Both the position numbers and the translations under genes were made by a program. A stretch of DNA of 64,000 nucleotides from Candidatus Hydrogenedentota bacterium (GTDB lineage: Bacteria > Hydrogenedentota > Hydrogenedentia > Hydrogenedentales > SLHB01). The notes beneath the pieces were generated by a model. That model did not search any database. It saw only the letters and a program-made list of their open reading frames with translations, and had not been told where the DNA came from. The DNA lies in assembly GCA_963674865.2 (NCBI GenBank), contig CAXXYE010000009.1:1792001-1856000 (forward strand). The letters run 5' to 3'. Shown here in pieces: positions 47,144-55,700 of this stretch (the stretch's first letter is position 1; each line of letters opens with the position of its first letter).

Positions 47144-47180
47144 CACAGAGTCTCGAAAGCGAGGTGAAATCGGGGACAGA

Positions 47181-47332
47181 GGAGCCGCTGAAAAAGTCCG
47201 GAGTTGCTGCACGCAGGCCGCGAAAGGACCTGGGACAGTCCCGTCTACGTCCGCCTGCGGCGGACTCCGCTTGGGACAGTCCCGGTCTTTCGCTCGAGCC
47301 TCTGGGGCGAATGCGACTTTTTCAACAGATCC
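47181..47332 (+). mobile_element. MITE-B inserted in a solo core element
   Basis: GGAGCCGCTGAAAAAGTC...GACTTTTTCAACAGATCC; flanks ACAGA / ACAGT; core continues to 47380. Confidence 0.9.
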
Positions 47333-47469
47333 ACAGTCCCGTCTCGTCCGCCTGAGGCGGACTCGCGTGGGACAGTCCCCGATTTCTTGTGCGTCTGTGC
47401 GGACGCTGCTATGTTGAGGGGCGACGCGACGATGTCCCGCCTCCGGGACGCGTGGGGAGAGGGGAAGAC

Positions 47470-48378
47470 GTGCTCGCTGCGCTCATAGGAACCATGCTGC
47501 TGGCGCAGGCTGATGTGGCGGAGCCGGGCGCGGTGTTTCCGATGGTGCAGGCCGTCCCGCTGCCGGACGCGCAGATCGCCCTTGTGGTGGCTGGGCGGGA
47601 GGTAGCGCGTTACCACTTCGGCCCGGCCGCGCCGAAGCCGTACATTTTTCCGCTGATAGGGCCGGCCGGGCGGCCCGTCACTCGCCTGGGCCATCCTCAC
47701 GATCCCGAAGGCCACCGGCACCACCGTTCCGTTTGGATCGGCCACCAGGATGTGAACGGCGTCAACTTCTGGGAGGAGACGAGCGGCGCGCGGGTGGTGC
47801 ATGAAGCTGTCGAGACGCTAGTGGACGGCCCTGAATCGGCCTCCATTGTTGTCTGCAATGTGTGGCGCGACGCCGCCGGGGAGCCGGTGATGCGGGAGCG
47901 GCGCACCATGACGCTACGGAGGCTTCCTGATGGCGAGTCCCTTCTTGATGTGACGTTGGCGCTGACGCCTTCCGGCGAGGCGGTGACGCTGGGGAAGACG
48001 CCTTTCGGGTTCTTGGGGGTGCGCGTTGCCAAGACGATGAGCGTGCACGACGGCGGGGGAGCGGTGCGCAACTCTGAAGGCGGCGTGAATGAGGCCGGCA
48101 CCCACTGGAAGCAGGCGCGATGGGTAGACTACGCAGGGCCGGTGACGCCTACGGAGCGCAACGGCGTTGCCCTCTTCGATCATCCGTCGAATCCGAGGTT
48201 CCCGACGTACTTCCACGTTCGCGATGACGGCTGGATGGGCGCCGCGTTCTGCTACGCCGAACCTTACCAACTGAGTGGCGACACGCCCCTTACGCTACGG
48301 TACCGGCTCTACGTTCACGGGGGCGGGGCCGGAGCAGACGCAATCGAGCAGCATTGGCGGGAATTCGCTCAGGATTGA
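47470..48378 (+). CDS. DUF6807/'PmoA-like' beta-sandwich protein
   Basis: KPYIFPL, HPHD..H.HHRSVW..H.DVNGVNFWEE, GFLGVRVA, DHPSNP, RYRL. Confidence 0.7.
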   Translation: MLAALIGTMLLAQADVAEPGAVFPMVQAVPLPDAQIALVVAGREVARYHFGPAAPKPYIFPLIGPAGRPVTRLGHPHDPEGHRHHRSVWIGHQDVNGVNFWEETSGARVVHEAVETLVDGPESASIVVCNVWRDAAGEPVMRERRTMTLRRLPDGESLLDVTLALTPSGEAVTLGKTPFGFLGVRVAKTMSVHDGGGAVRNSEGGVNEAGTHWKQARWVDYAGPVTPTERNGVALFDHPSNPRFPTYFHVRDDGWMGAAFCYAEPYQLSGDTPLTLRYRLYVHGGGAGADAIEQHWREFAQD

Positions 48379-49805
48379 GCCGAGGACTCGGATCTGCCCC
48401 ATAGTATTCCCCAGACAATTTCGTCCGCGATTGCCACGGAGATTCCCGCAACCGTATCGTAATGTTCGTGCGTGCCGTCCTCGCTATCCAGTTGATCTAC
48501 GCCATCGGGCCCCGTGCTGTATAGGATGTAGGCCGGATCCTTCCGGACATAGTGCATCTCCGCGCCGGAGAAGGCGTCGATGGGCACTTCGTTGAGATAG
48601 CTGGGCACGAGGGCCGTCAGTGTCTCGGGATACTGGCCGTGGTTCCTCTTGTAAGCGCAGAGGGCCAAGGCAATCCGGGCCTGCATGATCTGGACCTCAT
48701 GGGCGGTCTTTGACTTCAACGGCCCCTCGACGCTTTGCGCCAGGATTTCGACGACCGGCTGCGTCTGTTTCAGGGCGCTGACTTGCTCATGGAGCCGCGC
48801 GCATATCTGTGACGCTTCTCTGTAAGGCAACCGGACAGCGGCGATGTACTGTCGAAAGATCGAGAGGAGTGCCGCTTCATCCTGCGCCCTGAGAAAGGTG
48901 AAGTAACGGGAGCAGTACAGCCTCGTTCTCACTTCATCCTCGAGTCCGTATGGATTTTCAGCGCCTCGCCATGTCCTATGTTGCGTGACGATTTTCCCGG
49001 TCAACTGCCTGCCCCCAATGAGGTCGCTCTGCAAAGCGATGGGCAGGGCTTCTGGGCGAATGGACTGCGTCAACACCCCATCCAAGTGTTGAATGATCTC
49101 ATCCGACGGTTTAGCCTCGAGCACGATCCTTGCAAGGACGTGTGTTGCACTGGCGCGAGCTGCCCAGGTTAGCTGGAAGGCCAACAGGTTTGGAAAGTCC
49201 ATGACGTGGTCGGACAGTTCGTAAGAATATGCAATGCTCTCGAATGCCTTGGCGTCATTGCCGTCGAGATGGGCCACGAGCGCGTCGAGCAGCAGAAGTT
49301 GGGTGAGACTGAGAAAGGCCGGCAAATTGGGGACCGCACATCTGAAGAAGTCTTCGTCCATGTGCGACAGACGAATGATCTCTTGTATAGGTGTTGGCGG
49401 CAACTCTGCGACGGCCTTGAGTTTCTCGACGAATTCCCGGTTGGCCTCCAACAGCGCACGGGCCTCGTCCATCTCTTCGGGCGTCAGCTCCTGCGTGTCG
49501 TACAGCTTTTCGGCAATTCTGTACCAAGGCCAGTTCTTGCAGTCCACGTTTGAGCCGACTCCGGCGGTTTCGGGAGAAAGGAAGAACGCGGCGGCGCTCT
49601 CTTCGATGGGGCCGGTGAAGAGCGGGGTCGACTTCGGCCGGCTCGAACGCAGGTCGGCGAAGGTAAGGGCTATGCCGTCCGCCTCCGCCCCGGTCTCCTG
49701 GCGTGCGAGTTCTCGCTCGGCCCTCACAGATAGCAGGAAGCCGGCCGCGGCCGCGACGACCACCAAAGTCACCAAACCGACTAGCGCCGAAGTGATCCAC
49801 TGCAT
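48369..49805 (-). CDS. Membrane-anchored helical protein with GspG/pilin-like C-terminal motif
   Basis: N-terminal TM; ALCAYKRNHGQYPETL.ALVP.YL..VP.D.FSG, LYSTGPDGVD. Confidence 0.65.
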   Translation of the reverse strand: MQWITSALVGLVTLVVVAAAAGFLLSVRAERELARQETGAEADGIALTFADLRSSRPKSTPLFTGPIEESAAAFFLSPETAGVGSNVDCKNWPWYRIAEKLYDTQELTPEEMDEARALLEANREFVEKLKAVAELPPTPIQEIIRLSHMDEDFFRCAVPNLPAFLSLTQLLLLDALVAHLDGNDAKAFESIAYSYELSDHVMDFPNLLAFQLTWAARASATHVLARIVLEAKPSDEIIQHLDGVLTQSIRPEALPIALQSDLIGGRQLTGKIVTQHRTWRGAENPYGLEDEVRTRLYCSRYFTFLRAQDEAALLSIFRQYIAAVRLPYREASQICARLHEQVSALKQTQPVVEILAQSVEGPLKSKTAHEVQIMQARIALALCAYKRNHGQYPETLTALVPSYLNEVPIDAFSGAEMHYVRKDPAYILYSTGPDGVDQLDSEDGTHEHYDTVAGISVAIADEIVWGILWGRSESSAQS

Positions 49806-49869
49806 GGCATTCTCCCCCGGTTACGCGTCCACTCTCCAAGCCGGGCGGGCCGAAGAGCAGATCTGTAGC

Positions 49870-50334
49870 CTACTCCTCCTCGTCGTCCCCGCCTTCTTCG
49901 TCGTCTTCGTCGTCCGTCTGGAGCAGCGAGATATCCTGGCCGGCCTTGTCCATGACGTCCTCGGCTGCGAAGACGGGACATCCGGCGCGGACGGCGATGG
50001 CTATGCCGTCGCTGGGCCGGGAGTCAACGCGGAGGATCTGCTCGATCTGTCCGTCGGCGTTTTTCTGTTCGATATTGAGCTGGGCGAAAAACGTGTCGTT
50101 CTCGAGTTTGTAGATCGCGACGGACTTGATGTCGCCCCGGAGGCCGGCGAGCAGGTTGCACACGAGGTCGTGCGTCATCGGCCGCGGGAAAGCCACCTTG
50201 GCGAGTCCGTAGTGAATGGCCTCCGCCTCGGCGAGTCCCACCATGATCGGCAGCAGACGGTCTTCGTTTCGCAGCAGCACTACCGGCTGGTGCTCTCCGT
50301 CGCTGCTGACGCCCAGTACTTCCAGCTCGAGCAT
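49870..50334 (-). CDS. Bifunctional nuclease (DUF151) family protein
   Basis: LPIMVG..EA.AI, RPMTHDL, DSRPSD.IA.A.R. Confidence 0.9.
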   Translation of the reverse strand: MLELEVLGVSSDGEHQPVVLLRNEDRLLPIMVGLAEAEAIHYGLAKVAFPRPMTHDLVCNLLAGLRGDIKSVAIYKLENDTFFAQLNIEQKNADGQIEQILRVDSRPSDGIAIAVRAGCPVFAAEDVMDKAGQDISLLQTDDEDDEEGGDDEEE

Positions 50335-50435
50335 GGCGGACTCCTTTCATTCACCTTTGTTTCATTATAGCAGAGACCTCGGGGTGGACGGCGCGTCCGG
50401 CGCGGAGCGAGTGGAGTTACTGGGCGCAGAAGCGC

Positions 50436-50616
50436 CGGAGGCATGCGTCACGCTGATGGCGTCAAATTCCTACCGCGAGAGGTCGTGCAAGAAGCAGGGA
50501 CAGACACGTCTCGTCCGCCCGCGGCGGACTGCGCTTGCGTCAGTCCCCGTTCTTCGCTTCTTCTTGGTTGTTCTTCATCTGCGGACAAGTGACTTCGATC
50601 ATGAGTCAGAACACCA
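50436..50616 (+). mobile_element. MITE-A, uninterrupted copy
   Basis: GCATGCGTCACGCTGATGGCGTC...CAGGGACAGACACGTC...TGAGTCAGAACACC. Confidence 0.78.
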
Positions 50617-50818
50617 GGGGTCATCGCGGGAGTTGAGATCTGAGATCTCAGAACCGGAACTGTGCAAGCGGCGGGATTTGAATGAAGGCGGTCATTTGGG
50701 CAACCTTCTTGGTTGAGGCGTTCGTGCTCAATGCGATGGGAGAGTCACCGTGAAACATGTTGCCGTCTTCTTTGTGGCCGTGCCGGCCCTGTTCTTTGTC
50801 CAAACCGAGGTAGATGCC

Positions 50819-52549
50819 ATGACGTATAGTGAATCCGAACTCCTGGAACTACTTTCTCGTTCGCCCGGCAACGCGCTTTTGCCGGAACTAGGCGATCCTT
50901 CGGGAGTCCTTGCCACGGAGCGTGGGAAGGCCATCATGGAATGGGTCGACAGCGCCGCGGATCAGCCCATCCCGGCAACCACCTACACGCTGTATCGCAC
51001 GTTCAGGACTACCGGTGAACGGCCCCCTTATGAGAAGCCTTATTTCGAGAAGCGGAGGCTACTCGCGCAGCACGTCATCGGTGCATGGCTCACGGGCGAT
51101 CAGGCATACCTCGAACGCGTCAATGACCTGGTGTGGAGCATCTGCGAGGAGAGTACCTGGGTGGTGCCTGCCCACGAAAGGGAGGAGCCTTGGATTATCG
51201 ATCTTTTCGCGGCGGAAACCGGCGTTGAACTGGCGCACGTCCTTCTTGTCGTCGGGGAGCGTCTGCCGGAAGAGGTACGCACGCGCGTTCACGCTGAGAT
51301 CGAGCAGCGCATATTCGAGCCGTACCTAGAGCATGCCGGCGATTATTGGTGGGACAGCGGCAGAAACAACTGGACGGGCGTCTGCGCCGGTTCCATTGGG
51401 CAGACGTTCTTGCTCATGGAGCGGGATGTTGAGCGTCAGGCCAAGGCGCTGGCGCTTGTTCTGGGCCAGTTGGAGCGTTTCATCGACGTCGCCTTTGAAC
51501 CTGACGGCGCCTCGCTCGAAGGCATCGGGTATTGGAACTATGGGCTGCTCCACTATGTGGGGCTTGCCGAGATGCTGTACGCCCGTACGGGCGGGGTGCT
51601 CAACCTGCTTGGCCAGGAGAAGATGATTCGGATCGCGGGCTATCCGGCGGCCGCCGCGTTGGGCAAGCACGTGTTCGCCTCCTTTGCCGACAGTCACGAG
51701 CATTCGAGCGTGCGGCCCTTGCTGGCCGTGAGACTTTGCGAACGCACGGGCGTGAACGGCCTCGACGCCCAGATGGGTGATTGGCCGGACTGGCGCCTCA
51801 CGAGCGTGCTGCGCAATATCCTCTGGTGGGACGGGAGCGAAGGCGGCGAACCGGTGATTGAGAACGCCTTGCTTGAAGCGTCCGGCGTCGCCAAGCGGGT
51901 GGGGACGGCCGCGGGAAAGGGCGTCGTGCTTTGCGCAAAGGCGGGCCACAATGCGGAATCGCACAATCACAATGACGTGGGCAGCTTTGTGCTACGCATC
52001 GGCGATGTGACGTACCTCTGCGATCCGGGGGGCGGCCTCTACAATAAGGACTACTTCAGTTCGAAACGCTACGAGAACGTCTTTGCGAATTCCTATGGCC
52101 ATAGCGTGCCGCGCATCGGGGGCAACCTACAACCGGCCGGGGCCGAATGGCGCGGCGCCATGAAGGTGGATGAAGACGGGGCGATGCGGATCGAACTCGC
52201 GGATGCCTACGATGTGCCGGAGCTTGCGGGCTTCGAGCGTGTCCTGCGTGTCCAGGATGACGGCACGGTGCGCCTGGAGGATCGGTTCGGCTTTGATGGG
52301 GCCGGACTCGAAGTGGAAGAGGCTTTCATCACGTGGCTTGATGTCGAGGTGGACGGTGACGTGGTACGGGTTGTCTCGGAGGAGGGGACGTTGGAAATCC
52401 GCGGCGAAGGCGTTCAATTCGCGGCGGAACGTCTTGAGGAAGCGTGCCGGAAGAACAACAGGAAGGGCATGCTGACACGTATCACGGCTGTCTTCCCGCC
52501 AGCGTCGGAAACGGCGGCCGAGTTCACGATGGTGTTTGCCGGCCACTGA
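50819..52549 (+). CDS. Heparinase II/III-like protein
   Basis: ICEESTW..PAH, IDLFAAET, NNWT, EG..YWNYG, HN.ESHNHNDVGSF, S.GHSVP. Confidence 0.85.
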   Translation: MTYSESELLELLSRSPGNALLPELGDPSGVLATERGKAIMEWVDSAADQPIPATTYTLYRTFRTTGERPPYEKPYFEKRRLLAQHVIGAWLTGDQAYLERVNDLVWSICEESTWVVPAHEREEPWIIDLFAAETGVELAHVLLVVGERLPEEVRTRVHAEIEQRIFEPYLEHAGDYWWDSGRNNWTGVCAGSIGQTFLLMERDVERQAKALALVLGQLERFIDVAFEPDGASLEGIGYWNYGLLHYVGLAEMLYARTGGVLNLLGQEKMIRIAGYPAAAALGKHVFASFADSHEHSSVRPLLAVRLCERTGVNGLDAQMGDWPDWRLTSVLRNILWWDGSEGGEPVIENALLEASGVAKRVGTAAGKGVVLCAKAGHNAESHNHNDVGSFVLRIGDVTYLCDPGGGLYNKDYFSSKRYENVFANSYGHSVPRIGGNLQPAGAEWRGAMKVDEDGAMRIELADAYDVPELAGFERVLRVQDDGTVRLEDRFGFDGAGLEVEEAFITWLDVEVDGDVVRVVSEEGTLEIRGEGVQFAAERLEEACRKNNRKGMLTRITAVFPPASETAAEFTMVFAGH

Positions 52550-52766
52550 TCGGGGGAGCAAGGGCGAAGAAAAGTCTTTGCAATGTGGCACACATGTGCT
52601 AGTATGCAAACATAGCTTGTCGCATGCGACGAAGTCTGTCGTGGGACGGCGCAAGACAGTCTTGGTGGAGAGAGGCTGGCGGGGAGAGCGACTGGCGCAA
52701 TCGGTTTGTACCTTCCTTCCGTGCCTCATCATGTCAGGTGGTGGCTCCTACAGGAGGGTCGTAGCG

Positions 52767-55700
52767 ATGCTCAGATTTCCGCTTATACGAACATTTAGCA
52801 CAGTTCTCTTTACCGCAATGGCAACGATGGCCTTGACGGGCTGTCCAACACCTCCGCCGCATGTGAGTGCGGTGACGCCGAACGTCATCCCATCGACTAT
52901 TGCGATGACGCTCACCCTTACCGGGGAAGATTTTGTCGACGGCGCGACGGTCACCTTCACACGAGCTGACGGTGTTACCGTGATCGGCACTGTCGCGGCG
53001 ACTTTCGTATCCGACGATGAGCTGACGGTTGTCTCGCCGACGACCACGGCCATCACGAGCGTGGAGAGCGTGGCCGTCACCGTCACGAATCCCGACGACC
53101 TGGTGTCGAACGCGGTGAACGTGAGTTACACGCCTCCGCCGAGCGTTCTCACCGTTGCGCCCACGAGTGTCCCCGCGACTATTGCCACGGCGGTAACGCT
53201 CACGGGCGAGAGCTTCGAGAGCCCGGCGCAGGTCAGGTTCCGCCGGCCCGACAGCACGCTGATCGGGACGGTGAGCGGCACGGTGGTCGACGCGAACACC
53301 ATCACATGCACGACGCCTACCGACGCTACGGTGACGTCCGATACGGCGGTGCAGGTGGAAGTCTTGAATCCGGATGGCCAGGCATCGATTGACGTGGTGA
53401 AGGCCGTTGGTACTGTCACGTACCTTGCGCCGCCCACGGTGACGGCCGTGGCGCCCGATCCCATCCGGGCGAGTATCGCCGAATCGGTTATCCTCAGCGG
53501 CACCAATTTCGAGGCGGGTACGTCCGTGGCCTTTGATTTGCCCTTTAGCGGCTCGACGGCCGCGGGCAGCGTCTCGGTGGATTCGGCGACGCAGATTTCG
53601 TGCACGAGTCCGCTTGAGGCGAGCTTGACCACGGACACATCAGTGACGGTAACGGTAACGGCGCCGGATGGCCAAAGTGCAACGGGCTCCGTTATTTATG
53701 CCGCGCCGCCCACCATCGCGGTGGTAGCTCCTGATCCGGTTCGGGCGAGCATCGCCGAGTCGGTGACGATCACCGGCACGAACTTCGACACCGGCTCAAC
53801 GGTGGCTTTTGCGCTTCCGATCAGTGGGTCGACGGCCGCGGGCGGCGTCTCGGTGGATTCGGCGACGCAGATCACGTGCACGAGTCCGCTTGAGGCTGGT
53901 TTGACTACGGATACCTCCGTTACGGTAACGGTAACGGCCGCCGATGGCCAGAGTGCGACGGATAGCGTGGTTTATGCGGCGCCTCCTTCCGTTTCCGTCA
54001 TAGCGCCGGATCCGATCCGCGCGACCATCGCGGAATCCGTTACCATTACCGGCGCGAACTTCGACACCGGCTCGGCCGTGGCTTTCGGACTCCCGTTAAG
54101 CGGCTCGACGGCGGGGAGCGGCGTCTCGGTTGACTCGGCGACTCAGATTTCGTGCACGAGTCCGCTCGAGGCAGGATTGACGTCAGACACTTCGGTGACG
54201 GTGACGGTAACGGCTGCTGACGGCCAAAGCGGCTCCGGCACGGTGACGTACAGTGCCCCGCCCGTGGTCACTACGGTGGATCCGGATCCGATCCGGGCGA
54301 CGGTCGCGGAGTCCGTCACTATCACGGGCGCGAATTTCGAGACGGGCTCGACGGTGGCGTTTGAACTCCCCGACAGCGGCACGACGGCCGCGGGCAGTGT
54401 AATCGTCGATTCGGCGACTCAGATCTCCTGCACGAGCCCGCTCGAGACGAGCCTTGCCGCGGATACGCCCGTTGCGGTAACCGTGACGGCTCCCGACGGG
54501 CAGGCCGGTTCGGGCACGGTGACGTATTCCGCCGGGCCTAATGTGGACCTGGTCTCGCCGCATGAGGTGCCGACTCAGTTCGTGTTCCCGGTGGTTATTT
54601 CCGGAACGGGCTTCAAGACGGGCGCCTCCGTCACATTCGGCGGCGTCGCGGCGACGGGGATCGTGGTTGACAGCGCCACACAGATCCGGTGCAATAGTCC
54701 GGCCCAGCCGAGCATCACGGCACCGACGGCGGTGGATGTCATCGTGACGAACACCGACGGGCAGACGTCGGAAGATACCACGAAGATCTCGGGCATTGTT
54801 ACTTATTATCCGCCACCCGTCGCCAACAGCATCAGCGCGACGAATGTCCCGGCGACTATCTCGACGTCGCTGACGATCACCGGCCAGTATTTCCGCGGCG
54901 TGCCGCTGCCGGACGCGGTTGGGAATACGACGGTGATCTTCCGCGAGCAGGTGTCGCTCAACATCATCGACTCCGTTGACGCGGTCGTTGTGGATTCCAA
55001 TACGCTTACGTGCAACAGCCCGGTGCGTCTTGGGCTCCTGACGGACCTTGACGTGACGGTGCAGGTGGTAGGCCCGCAAGGCCAGGCGCAATCGACGACG
55101 GCCTTCAATGTGGTCTATGACGCGCCGCCGGTGCTGGACAGTGCGCTTTTCACGCCTGATCCGGTTACGTCGACGATCTCGCAGAGTTTCGCGATCACCG
55201 GTGGGGCGAACTTCAATCCCACCGGAGCGGACGTGATTTTCCGGCGCATGGACCAAGATGCCGATTTCGGCACGGTGACGGTTACGCCGACGTCGGATAC
55301 GCAGATCGACGGAAGTTCGGGCGGTGGGACTGGGACGCCGACTATCACCAGTCCGGTGATTGAAAGCGATATCACCGTCGAGGTCCGTGTTCGGAACAGC
55401 GATGATAACCAGGTGTCCGAGAATAGCTTGTCGATTACCTACACGGCGCCGCCGGCGATCACTTCGGTGCTCAATACCGCCTTGGGCGGGCCCGAAGTGC
55501 CTGCGACTATCGCCACTGGCGTAACGATCACCGGGCGCAACTTCGCCACAGGAGCGACGACGAGCTTCGCGTTGCCCGTTCTGGGGGCCACGCCCGGTTC
55601 ATCGACCACTGTGGACAGTTCTACGCAGATTTCCGACACGACGCCGCCGGAGGGTAGCGGCAATCTGACGGCCGACGCGGCGGTCGGGGTGACGGTTAGC

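Noticed and set aside
47470..48378. Particulate methane monooxygenase subunit
   Set aside because: A soluble beta-rich protein with no pmoCAB context; the 'PmoA' family label is misleading.
52586..52600. Sigma-54 promoter TGGCACACATGTGCT upstream of the adhesin
   Set aside because: GG-to-GC spacing is 9 nt, not the required 10.
52600..52760. Riboswitch in the adhesin leader
   Set aside because: No recognisable aptamer consensus by eye; an Infernal/Rfam search would be needed.
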